Source: an uncultured Spirochaetota bacterium
GTDB lineage: Bacteria > Spirochaetota > Brevinematia > Brevinematales > JAOACQ01
NCBI GenBank assembly: GCA_963783575.1
Contig: CAWAOD010000005.1
Coordinates: 320,001-384,000 of the forward strand
Direction: 5' to 3'
Length of the DNA stretch: 64,000 nucleotides
Part shown: piece by piece, positions 12,011 to 21,092 of the stretch
Layout of the letters: each line of letters begins with the position of its first letter
How positions within the stretch are numbered: position 1 is the first letter of the stretch
The notes under the pieces: model-generated
What the model was told of the DNA's origin: nothing
The model's database searches: none
Seen by the model: the letters and a program-made list of their open reading frames with translations, nothing else
Program-made: the position numbers and the translations under genes

Positions 12011-12646
12011 TCATGCTTTTTTCAGTGAAATAAAAGCGGATAAAATCCGGAACTCGTTCTTTACATAAACATTCCTGATATAAACTCCCGGCTTATCATT
12101 TTTAATTATTGCAGGAGCAAAATTGACAATACCTTTTACTCCTCCTGCGATCAGCTTATCGGCGACGGACTGAGCGGAAAATTCGGGGACAGTAATAACA
12201 CCCAGTTCAATTGACATTTCCCGGACCCTTTCTTCAATCTCATATGCCGGAAATAGTGGAATATGAGTTTTCATCATCTCAATCCTGTTAATATTCGAAT
12301 CAAAAGCCGCCGCTATTTCAAAACCAGTAAAAGCGGTTTCCCCGTAATTTAATATAGCCGAACCGAGCCTTCCCACACCCACAATACAGGATTTCCTTTT
12401 TATATCAATGCAAAGCCCCGATTCTATTAATTTTTTAATCTCAATTATATTATACTTTTGCCCTTCCGTTTTTTTACCCTCAATGCAGCTTAAATCCTTT
12501 CTAATAGTATGGGCTTTAATTGAAGTAAGAAGTTCCAGTTCCTTTGATGTTATAATCTGATAGCCTTTACCTATCAGATCCTCAATTACACCATATAATG
12601 AACAAAGTCTTTCTATCGACGGATCCGGTAACAGATTCCTTAACAT
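12011..12646 (-). CDS. rex: Redox-sensing transcriptional repressor Rex
   Basis: Winged-helix IRKDLS, GVGRLG Rossmann motif, GIVNFAP. Confidence 0.92.
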   Translation of the reverse strand: MLRNLLPDPSIERLCSLYGVIEDLIGKGYQIITSKELELLTSIKAHTIRKDLSCIEGKKTEGQKYNIIEIKKLIESGLCIDIKRKSCIVGVGRLGSAILNYGETAFTGFEIAAAFDSNINRIEMMKTHIPLFPAYEIEERVREMSIELGVITVPEFSAQSVADKLIAGGVKGIVNFAPAIIKNDKPGVYIRNVYVKNEFRILSAFISLKKA

Positions 12647-12674
12647 ATCCTGCCTTAATTAATAAATATGATAT

Positions 12675-12758
12675 CTGTGAAATATTTCACAATTATTATG
12701 CATTATCATATTTAAAATGTCAAGTGTTTTTATAAGATATTTGTGAAATATTTCACAG
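12675..12758. promoter_or_regulatory. Two Rex operator boxes
   Basis: CTGTGAAATATTTCACAA (12675-12692) and TTGTGAAATATTTCACAG (12741-12758); each matches TTGTGAA-N4-TTCACAA with one mismatch; upstream of rex. Confidence 0.88.
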
Positions 12759-12857
12759 ATATCATGGATAATGATATTCTAAAATATTAAGTTTGCATTT
12801 TTTTATAAGGCAAGATAAAATAGTTTTTAGTTATAATTAAATGTTATTGGAGGCTAT

Positions 12858-13634
12858 ATGCCGCTTAAAACTAAATTATCGCTGGGTTTGGGTTTCCTTT
12901 TTATTATTATCTTTATACTGGCATTCTTTTCATCTTATAACATAGGAAAATTATCAAGAGAATCGGATAATATTCTCAAAGATAATTATAATTCCATAAT
13001 CTATTCGAAGAATATGATATCTGCCCTGGATGATATTAGAAATTCGGTAACAAGCGGATTATTTTATAATAAAACAGACAAACAATTGACAGAATTTTAC
13101 AATCAGCTTTTCGATTCGGGAACAAATGAATTTGGAATAAATCTGAAAGCGGAAAATAATAATATTACTGAAATTCATGAGAAAGAATATGTCGATATTC
13201 TCAATAAAAATTATGAAATGTTTTTAAATATCTGTTTTCTTATAAAAGGGTCGAACACTAACCCCCTTTATTTTAATGAATTCCTTTCGATTTATGAAAA
13301 ACTGAAACATTCCGTCAATGATATTAATGATATTAACATGCAGGCTGTTGTCAGAAAAAGTCAAATGGCAAAAAACGAATCGAATAAAATCATTATGTTT
13401 ATGGCAATAGTCGGCTCGTTTTGTATTATTCTCGCATTCGGATATTTCTGGTATTTTCCATTTTATATTTCCAATACAATATCATATTTATCAAATAAAA
13501 TAAAGGAACTCCTGAAAAATATGGGAATATCACTGGACACAAAAACTAACGATGAGGTTTATATAATTTTACAGGCAATAAACCTGCTTGAAAATAAATT
13601 TACATTAAAAAAAGATGATAATGATAATAAATAA
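12858..13634 (+). CDS. Membrane protein with a four-helix-bundle sensor domain and no kinase domain
   Basis: TM, then ILKDNYNSI...NNITEIHE...NMQAVVRKS, then TM and a short tail; resembles the N-terminus of KinB-like sensor kinases. Confidence 0.6.
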   Translation: MPLKTKLSLGLGFLFIIIFILAFFSSYNIGKLSRESDNILKDNYNSIIYSKNMISALDDIRNSVTSGLFYNKTDKQLTEFYNQLFDSGTNEFGINLKAENNNITEIHEKEYVDILNKNYEMFLNICFLIKGSNTNPLYFNEFLSIYEKLKHSVNDINDINMQAVVRKSQMAKNESNKIIMFMAIVGSFCIILAFGYFWYFPFYISNTISYLSNKIKELLKNMGISLDTKTNDEVYIILQAINLLENKFTLKKDDNDNK

Positions 13635-13644
13635 AAAAAACTTT

Positions 13645-14157
13645 CTATTTAAAAAGCTTTAAATATTTTCCATACCCTTCCTTTTCAAGATCGGCTTTCT
13701 GTATAAAACGCATTGCAGCAGAATTCATACAGTACCTTAAGCCTGTAGGAGCTGGGCCGTCATTAAACAAATGCCCAAGATGAGAATTGGCATGGGTGCT
13801 TCTAACCTCGGTTCTTACCATAAAAAAGCTTGTGTCGGTCCTCGTTATAATATTGGTTTTTTCCAGGGGTTTTGTAAAACTCGGCCATCCGGTTCCCGAA
13901 TCAAATTTATCGGTTGAGCTGAATAAAGGTTCTCCCGAAACTATATCGACATAAATCCCTTCCCGTTCGTTGTTCCAGTATTCATTCTGAAAAGCCGGTT
14001 CTGTACCATTTTCCTGGGTCACTTCATACTGCATTGAAGTCAGTTTCTTTTTCAGTTCATTCTTATTGTATTTTTTACTGTCTTTTTCGTCTGCATAAGA
14101 TAGCATAAAAATCATACTAAATACCACTGCCAATAAAATTATATTTAATATCCTCAT
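13645..14157 (-). CDS. msrB: Peptide-methionine (R)-S-oxide reductase, exported
   Basis: GTGWPSF, HLGHLF and RYCMNS motifs; N-terminal signal peptide. Confidence 0.95.
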   Translation of the reverse strand: MRILNIILLAVVFSMIFMLSYADEKDSKKYNKNELKKKLTSMQYEVTQENGTEPAFQNEYWNNEREGIYVDIVSGEPLFSSTDKFDSGTGWPSFTKPLEKTNIITRTDTSFFMVRTEVRSTHANSHLGHLFNDGPAPTGLRYCMNSAAMRFIQKADLEKEGYGKYLKLFK

Positions 14158-14249
14158 GATTTATACTCCTTTGATGATTATTCAAATAATACATCTATAT
14201 ATTTAAAATAAATATTAAGGTTAAATAAGTCAATGAGTTATGTAATAAA

Positions 14250-14394
14250 GGCACTTCTAAAAATGAGTTTTTAGAAGTGCATGTTTAAATATTGATGAAG
14301 TTTTTATCTTTCTTTCATACTATACTTACAAAAATTTAGTGGCAGTTCCATTTAATAAAAACTGGTTTTTTAATGAGATTTTCGAACTGCTCAT
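14250..14394. repeat. About 145-bp MITE-like dispersed repeat, copy 1
   Basis: Palindrome GCACTTCTAAAAA-TGAG-TTTTTAGAAGTGC plus a GCAGTTC...GAACTGC module; inverted homolog at 25605-25754. Confidence 0.75.
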
Positions 14395-14480
14395 AAACTA
14401 TTTCATAATAACAATCTTGACTTTACAGCCGGTAATTGTTTATAATTAATTATACTCACATAACGGTTAAGGAGAATCAT

Positions 14481-14855
14481 ATGAAAATTATTATAAGTAC
14501 GATTATTATGTTAATTTTGTTGTTATCCTGCAGTGAGACTCTGAATCTCAATAGGGTAAAGGGAATTCGCGGTAGTTTTGCTCCTGTTGTGACCGGTGAA
14601 GGTGTGATATTTTCCATTCTTGCTCCCGGTGCTTCATTTGTAACAATCGCCGGGAATTTTAACGGCTGGAATTCACAGACAACACCAATGACAAAGAAAA
14701 TTGGCGGCGTCTGGACAATAACGCTTCCGCTTGAAAAAAAAAGGAAATATAATTATATGTTCGTTATCGACGGATACTGGGTTGCCGATCCGGATAACCC
14801 CGTTACTGAAAATAATGGTAACGGTTCCGTCAATTCAGTTATTGTTTTGAAATAA
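14481..14855 (+). CDS. Lipoprotein with a glycogen-binding (CBM48/AMPK-CBM-like) domain
   Basis: LLSC lipobox; AGNFNGW...GVWTITL...YNYMFVIDGYWVADPDNP. Confidence 0.85.
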   Translation: MKIIISTIIMLILLLSCSETLNLNRVKGIRGSFAPVVTGEGVIFSILAPGASFVTIAGNFNGWNSQTTPMTKKIGGVWTITLPLEKKRKYNYMFVIDGYWVADPDNPVTENNGNGSVNSVIVLK

Positions 14856-14871
14856 ATTAAGGAGTAATAAA

Positions 14872-17505
14872 ATGATGAAAAAAATTATAATTTTATCAGT
14901 TCTTATATTTTGTTCTATTTATATATACTCTGAATTTGATATCTCTAAACTGAGCCTGGACAGAAATGTTCAGGAATATACTTTAAGCAACGGGCTTAAA
15001 GTGCTCATCAAGGAAGAAAACTCCGTACCGCTTGTCGGATTTTCGGTTACTTATAAAGTTGGTTTCCGGAATGAAAATGTGAATGGAAAAACCGGACTTA
15101 CCCATCTTGTGGAACATATGATGTTCAAAGGAACCCGGAATTATAAAAAAGGTGAAATTGCCAGGACTTTTGACGATGCCGGGGTGCATTTTAACGCTTA
15201 TACGGCTTATGATAAAACATCCTATTTTGAAATTCTACCAAAAGGCGGGCTTGAAACCGTAATTAAGATCGAATCCGACAGGATGGAAAATTCGATTCTT
15301 GCCCCGGATGAGTTTAAATCGGAAGACAAAGTCGTTTTAAGTGAAATAAAGCGTTACGAGAGTAATCCCGGCAATATGCTGGAAAGAAAGCTCCTTGGGT
15401 CGATTTATAAAGATCATCCGTATGCATTTATGTACGGTGCGATTAGCGATGTGGAAAAAGCTGAAAGGGATTATGTCTATAATCTGATTTACAAAAAATA
15501 TTACTGCCCGAACAATGCCTATATTGTTATTGTCGGCGATATCAAAGCCGATGAGGGAATGAGCCTGGTCGATAAATACTTTGGAAGCATCCCTCCCAAT
15601 AAAGATTTACCTGCAGAAAAACCTGATCCTATGAAGTTCACAACAAATGTTTCTATTTCAATGGAAGGTTCGGCAAGCGAGGATTTCGGCGAATTGAAGT
15701 TCAATTTGCCCGGGTGGGATATCAATAATAAAGATTTTATTGCACTGTCTTTCATTTCTTCGGCCGGAATCATAAACGGATTCGATTATGAAGCGACCCC
15801 TGACGGAGGGATAGGCACTTTAGGCTTTTCCGATGAGCCTTATTATCCCGACGAAACTATTGATACAAATTTTATTTCTGGCAATTTCAATTACTTTCAG
15901 ACAAAGATGTTTAACCAGGAAGTTATGGGATATGACACGATAAACTCCATCATGAATTCCCTTGTATATTTTGAAAGATACGGGAATTACCGGGATTATG
16001 AAAAGATATTTCAGGCATTCGGTAAATTGACCCCTGATGATGTTATCAATGTAATAAAAAAATATTTATCCAGAGAAAATGCCGGTTCAGGATATTTTAA
16101 AGTCAAGACTATGGATAAAAGGTTTAAGCCGGAAACTGTAACACAGACTGCTGAAAATTTCGGAAAGGACATTGATTTCAGCGATCTTGAGAATCCGACA
16201 CAGGAGCAGATAAATAAAACCCGGGAAATAGGGGAAACGGTATTCACTAATGCAAATATGACAATAAAAAATTACCTTTCCGATATGAAAGAGGAAAGAT
16301 TAGACAACGGCCTGACAATTATTTTCAAACCGTTATCTTTAAACAGGAAAATTTCCATTTCATTAGGAATTAAAGCCCCGGCATATTTTCAAAAAAGCCC
16401 TTATCAGCATGATATGGTTTATGATCTTGTCTTCGAGGGCGGGCCGCAGATTTTAGTCAGGAATGATCTTGAAAAATACGGCGCGAATTTTGGAGGCGAT
16501 TCCGGCTTGAATTTTACGGAATATAATATTGAAGTGCCTGTTGACAAATTTTCCGGTGCAATAGACTGCCTTGCCTTATCGCTTAAGGACAGGATATTTA
16601 TGCCGCTTGTAATGGATGAATTAAAGTTTAATTATATGAAAAGTATTGAGGAATCCAGGCAAAATCCCGATCCGAATTTCCATGCAAACCATGAATTGGG
16701 CAAAATGCTTTACGGGAATAAAGGTAATGGGTTGAACTATTTTGCGCAAAAAGAAGACATTCTTAAGAAAAAATTGAAAGATGCAGAGGATTTTTATATT
16801 TCATTTTACCGTCCTGAAAATACGGTGATCGTTATTGCGGGCAATCTGGATTATACGGATGTTTTAAAAATCGTCAGGGAGCGGTTTGGGGGCTGGAAAC
16901 AGAAACCCGCAGTTATAATTAATAATATACCGCCCCTTGAGAAACCGGACAAAAATATTACAAAAAAGGTTGATATGCCGGTTCAGCAGACCATAGTGTT
17001 GATGGCGGCTCCATCAACGAGTTATGCTGATATAACAAATCATATCGCTCTTTTAGTTGCCAATGATATTTTCGGAGGCAGCGGCCTGACTTCAAGGATC
17101 GCCCGCATGGTCAGGGATAAATACGGCCTGACATACAGCATATATTCTTCCGTTTCTCCATATGGCGGGCAGGATATTTTCAGCCTTTCAATGCAGAATT
17201 CCGGGCAGGATGTGGAAAAAGCCATGGCCATGTACCGGGAGGAACTCAAAAAGTACAAGGAAACAGGCCCTAACGAGCTTGAAATCGCAAGATTTAAGAA
17301 TAAATCTATGAGCGATGTTCTGTTCGGCTATGAAAACGGCTCATCAATAGCTTATCGCCTTCTTTATTATTCAATGGCCAGGAATAATATTAATGCGGAT
17401 AAATTGTTTATAGATATTCTCCATTCACTGAGCAGTGAAAGAATAAATGAAGCCTTAAAGGATGGGATTCCCGAGAAATATTTTATTTCAATAGCGGGAG
17501 AATGA
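14872..17505 (+). CDS. M16 family (pitrilysin-like) zinc peptidase, exported
   Basis: HLVEH inverted zinc motif, NAYT, a second M16 half (ERLDNGL...RDKYGLTY) and a signal peptide. Confidence 0.9.
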   Translation: MMKKIIILSVLIFCSIYIYSEFDISKLSLDRNVQEYTLSNGLKVLIKEENSVPLVGFSVTYKVGFRNENVNGKTGLTHLVEHMMFKGTRNYKKGEIARTFDDAGVHFNAYTAYDKTSYFEILPKGGLETVIKIESDRMENSILAPDEFKSEDKVVLSEIKRYESNPGNMLERKLLGSIYKDHPYAFMYGAISDVEKAERDYVYNLIYKKYYCPNNAYIVIVGDIKADEGMSLVDKYFGSIPPNKDLPAEKPDPMKFTTNVSISMEGSASEDFGELKFNLPGWDINNKDFIALSFISSAGIINGFDYEATPDGGIGTLGFSDEPYYPDETIDTNFISGNFNYFQTKMFNQEVMGYDTINSIMNSLVYFERYGNYRDYEKIFQAFGKLTPDDVINVIKKYLSRENAGSGYFKVKTMDKRFKPETVTQTAENFGKDIDFSDLENPTQEQINKTREIGETVFTNANMTIKNYLSDMKEERLDNGLTIIFKPLSLNRKISISLGIKAPAYFQKSPYQHDMVYDLVFEGGPQILVRNDLEKYGANFGGDSGLNFTEYNIEVPVDKFSGAIDCLALSLKDRIFMPLVMDELKFNYMKSIEESRQNPDPNFHANHELGKMLYGNKGNGLNYFAQKEDILKKKLKDAEDFYISFYRPENTVIVIAGNLDYTDVLKIVRERFGGWKQKPAVIINNIPPLEKPDKNITKKVDMPVQQTIVLMAAPSTSYADITNHIALLVANDIFGGSGLTSRIARMVRDKYGLTYSIYSSVSPYGGQDIFSLSMQNSGQDVEKAMAMYREELKKYKETGPNELEIARFKNKSMSDVLFGYENGSSIAYRLLYYSMARNNINADKLFIDILHSLSSERINEALKDGIPEKYFISIAGE

Positions 17506-17508
17506 AAC

Positions 17509-17940
17509 TTAATTTTCCTCCAGAAGTTCTTTTATTTTATTGAGAACCATTTTCCAGTTTTCAGCAGAATGGTTTTTTTCCTCGATGGTTGAGTTATTGT
17601 CTTGAGAAACCGTAAGTTCAATGCCATCTTTTTTCTTCTTAAGTTCATATGTTACATTTTTATAATTCTCAGGAATATCGGCCAAACCGGATAAACTGCT
17701 CCAATATGTTGTTTCTAAGATTTTTTCGGGAACGATTTTAATGATTTTACCTTTATCCTCATAAGTTTTACCTTCCCATACCCCTCTGTAAAAGATCATG
17801 CTGCCCTCTTTCCAATCCGATACGGCTTGTGTTCCGAATAAATACTTTTTTATCATTTCAGGATTTATCAGGGCATCCCAGACTTCTGTTACGGAAACTT
17901 TAATTATAACTGACTCTTTTGCGATTAGTCCCTTTTTCAT
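17509..17940 (-). CDS. SRPBCC/AHSA1 domain protein
   Basis: VWDALINP...SDWKEG...NWKMVLNKIK. Confidence 0.85.
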   Translation of the reverse strand: MKKGLIAKESVIIKVSVTEVWDALINPEMIKKYLFGTQAVSDWKEGSMIFYRGVWEGKTYEDKGKIIKIVPEKILETTYWSSLSGLADIPENYKNVTYELKKKKDGIELTVSQDNNSTIEEKNHSAENWKMVLNKIKELLEEN

Positions 17941-18140
17941 ACAAACCCCCATAGTATAACTTTTATTATAAGATAAATAAATTACATCAACTGGTCAACT
18001 TGTATTATAGAATTACTTCTCTGTCTATAAAAGTTATTATTACCGGTTTCAAACCATGATGCTTTTTATGACATGATTAATAAAATATTGTATAATATGA
18101 TTAAGCAGATCAACAATTATTTTTAATGGGAGAACAAATA

Positions 18141-19268
18141 ATGAGAAAAACCGCTTTAGTACATGACTGGCTGACCGGAATGAGGGGCGGTGAACGTGCG
18201 CTTGAAGCGATTTATGAGCTTTATCCCTCCCCTGTTTACACGCTTGTTCATACAAAGGGCTTTAGCAGCTCTATCATCAATAAAAAAAATATTCACACTT
18301 CATCGATACAAAAAATACCATTTTCCGGTAAAATTTACAAGGGCTTGCTGTCATTATTTCCAAAAGCCATTGAAGAATTCGATCTCACAGGTTATGACCT
18401 GGTTCTTTCAACTTCTCATGCGGTTGCGAAAGGAGTTTTGACGCATTCGAACCAGCTTCATATCTGCTATATGCATACGCCGATGAGATATGCCTGGGAT
18501 TTGTATTTTCAATATTTCCGGGAAGCAGGCATAGAGAAAGGCCCTATAGGATGGTATTACCGTAATGTTCTTCATGAAATCAGGACCTGGGACATAATTT
18601 CCGCCAGCCGTGTGGATTACTACCTTACAAATTCTTCTTATGTAGCCAGGAGGATTAAAAAGCTTTATAATCGAGAAGCCGAAGTTATATTCGGGCCGGC
18701 TGATGTAAAGTTCTTTGAGATTTGTAATGATAAAGACAACTATTATTTGACAGCTTCAAAGATGACTCCATATAAGAAAATGGATATGATTGTGAACTGC
18801 TTTAAGGAAATGCCGGATAAAAAACTTCTTGTAATAGGCGAGGGAGAGCAGTATAAAAAGATAAAAAAGATCGCCGCTAAATCAAAAAACATCGAACTTC
18901 TAGGTTACCAGCCTTTAGAAGCTTTAAAATATTATCTTCAGAAGGCGAAGGCTTTTATTTTTGCCGCGGAAGAAGACCTCGGGCTTCTCCCGATTGAAGC
19001 GCAGGCATGCGGAACTCCAGTGATTGCATTCGGTAAGGGCGGCGCAGCAGAAACTGTGATTCATGGTAAAACCGGTATTTTCTTCCTTGAACAGACTGAG
19101 GCAAGCCTCAAAGAGGCAGTGCTTCAATTTGAAAGTATGGACGGCAGTTTTGACCCTGGTGTTATTAGAAAGAATGCCGAAAGATTTTCAAGGGAAGAGT
19201 TTCAAAGGAAATATCATGATTTTGTTGAATCAAAATATTCTGATTGGATGAATAATAAAAATAGATGA
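18141..19268 (+). CDS. Glycosyltransferase family 4
   Basis: HDWLTGMRGGE, HTPMRYAWD and EEDLGLLPIEAQACG motifs. Confidence 0.92.
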   Translation: MRKTALVHDWLTGMRGGERALEAIYELYPSPVYTLVHTKGFSSSIINKKNIHTSSIQKIPFSGKIYKGLLSLFPKAIEEFDLTGYDLVLSTSHAVAKGVLTHSNQLHICYMHTPMRYAWDLYFQYFREAGIEKGPIGWYYRNVLHEIRTWDIISASRVDYYLTNSSYVARRIKKLYNREAEVIFGPADVKFFEICNDKDNYYLTASKMTPYKKMDMIVNCFKEMPDKKLLVIGEGEQYKKIKKIAAKSKNIELLGYQPLEALKYYLQKAKAFIFAAEEDLGLLPIEAQACGTPVIAFGKGGAAETVIHGKTGIFFLEQTEASLKEAVLQFESMDGSFDPGVIRKNAERFSREEFQRKYHDFVESKYSDWMNNKNR

Positions 19269-19297
19269 CTAATTTTCTTATTTTTTGAAGGTATTTT

Positions 19298-20743
19298 ATG
19301 AAAGAAAGATTGATGATTTTTGTAAGATGGGCGGCATTATTATTATTGGATCTTTTTGCTTATTATTTTGCTCTTTTCCTTGCGGTTTTTGTACGAGCAA
19401 ACATAATCAGCCTATTTTTCAGGCCTACCGCCACTTTTTATTTTTCTTACGAATATTTTGCCTCGATATGGTGGATTCCCCTGATATTGATTTGTGTTAT
19501 TTCCTTTGAAAGGCTTTATACAATCCGGTATCCTCTCTGGGAAGAAACAAAAGTGATTCTCAGGTCAACTACAATAACATTACTGTTCGTATTTTTCCTT
19601 GTTTCCGTCAGAAATATCTTCGCGGATATTTCCAGGTTGACATTTGTTCTCCTCTGGTTCTTTCTTTCAGCCTGTATGCCGCTGATCCGCTATTGGGGTA
19701 AAAGGCTGTTTTTTAATCTCGGAGTATGGAATGAAAATGTTCTGGTTTTAGGGGCAGGGGAAAGCGCGGTCAATACCGTACTTGGCCTTATTAGTGAAAG
19801 GCAATTGGGGTATAATGTCATAGGATTCCTGGATGATAAATCCGAAAAATCCGAAATTGAAATTAAACAAAAAAAATACAAAATATACGGAAAAATCAAA
19901 AATTATTCAAAATTCATTAATCTACTGAATATTTCAACTGTGATAATATCGCTTCCGGAATTATCCCGTGAGGAACTGGCCATTCTTACAAATAATGTAC
20001 AGAAAATTTCCAAAACCGTTATGCTGGTTCCGGATCTTGCAGGGATTGCTCAGATCAATACTGAATTGCATTATCTATTTATGCAGAAGACTTTTCTATT
20101 AAAAATAAATAATAATTTAAAATCCTCCATAAACAGGATTATCAAGACAATTTTTGATATAGTATTATCGATTCTGATTTTACCGTTTCTTCTGCCAATA
20201 ATCGGCGTCATTTCGATATTGATAAAACTTGACAGCAAAGGGCCTGCCTTTATTATCCAGGACAGGCTCGGAAAGGACAATACCGTTTTTCGATGCATAA
20301 AATTCAGGACTATGTTCAAGGATTCGGATAATATGCTGACAGATTATTTTGAACGGAATCCCGAAGCTTTGAAAATATGGAACAAATATAAAAAACTTAA
20401 AGAGTATGATCCACGTGTCACAAAAATAGGCAAAATACTTAGAAACTACTCTCTTGATGAATTTCCCCAGATTTTTAATGTACTTAAAGGCGAAATGAGC
20501 CTGATCGGACCGAGGCCTTATTTACCTAGGGAAAAAGGAGATATCGGCGATTATGCTGACCTGATCTTAATTACAAAACCGGGTATGACCGGATTATGGC
20601 AAATATCGGGAAGGAATGAACTTGTTTTTGATGAAAGACTGAAACTTGATACCTGGTACATCCAGAATTGGTCGCTATGGCTGGATATGATCATATTATT
20701 CAGTACACCCGGGGCTTTATTTAAAAGAAAAGGCGCTTATTAA
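19298..20743 (+). CDS. wbaP: Undecaprenyl-phosphate sugar-1-phosphate transferase (WbaP-like)
   Basis: N-terminal TMs; KFRTM, DPRVT, SLDEFPQ, GPRP and KPGMTGLWQ motifs. Confidence 0.85.
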   Translation: MKERLMIFVRWAALLLLDLFAYYFALFLAVFVRANIISLFFRPTATFYFSYEYFASIWWIPLILICVISFERLYTIRYPLWEETKVILRSTTITLLFVFFLVSVRNIFADISRLTFVLLWFFLSACMPLIRYWGKRLFFNLGVWNENVLVLGAGESAVNTVLGLISERQLGYNVIGFLDDKSEKSEIEIKQKKYKIYGKIKNYSKFINLLNISTVIISLPELSREELAILTNNVQKISKTVMLVPDLAGIAQINTELHYLFMQKTFLLKINNNLKSSINRIIKTIFDIVLSILILPFLLPIIGVISILIKLDSKGPAFIIQDRLGKDNTVFRCIKFRTMFKDSDNMLTDYFERNPEALKIWNKYKKLKEYDPRVTKIGKILRNYSLDEFPQIFNVLKGEMSLIGPRPYLPREKGDIGDYADLILITKPGMTGLWQISGRNELVFDERLKLDTWYIQNWSLWLDMIILFSTPGALFKRKGAY

Positions 20744-20751
20744 CATGCGCA

Positions 20752-20980
20752 ATCGTTGTGCTGCCGAGCTAACGCTCGGCGATCTAAATACTTATAGGGT
20801 AGTCATCATGGAACCTCCGTGTTCCATTAGTTAACTGGCGAACGGAGTTCGCCACTGGCTGATGAGTAAAAGTGAAGTCCTCAAGGAATATCCGTGTTCC
20901 CTGTGACATCGTGTCGCTGCCGAACTGGTGTTCGGCATTTTGTTTAATTATTGGGTGGTTATTATGGAACGTCCTGTTCC
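20752..20980. repeat. Cluster of six REP-like hairpins in three roughly 75-bp units
   Basis: GCCGAG-ctaacg-CTCGGC, TGGCGAAC-gga-GTTCGCCA and TGCCGAAC-tggt-GTTCGGCA, each followed about 30 nt later by GGAA(C/T)...GTTCC. Confidence 0.7.
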
Positions 20981-21092
20981 CAATGTTGCTTGGTTTCTCA
21001 GGTTAAACAAGTCTTAAACACATATTCATTTGGAAGTCAAATAGTCAGTTAGTTACAGGGTTTAATTATTATTACATCGCTATTGATCGGGA

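Noticed and set aside
20836..20872. GGCGAACGGAGTTCGCC...GCTGATGA resembles a fluoride riboswitch
   Set aside because: It lacks the GAUG core and the 3' pseudoknot complement (CTCC), the downstream gene is a mannosidase, and it fits the local REP-like hairpin series better.
20752..20980. Possible CRISPR array
   Set aside because: Repeats are too divergent, two hairpin types alternate, and there are no cas genes in the window.
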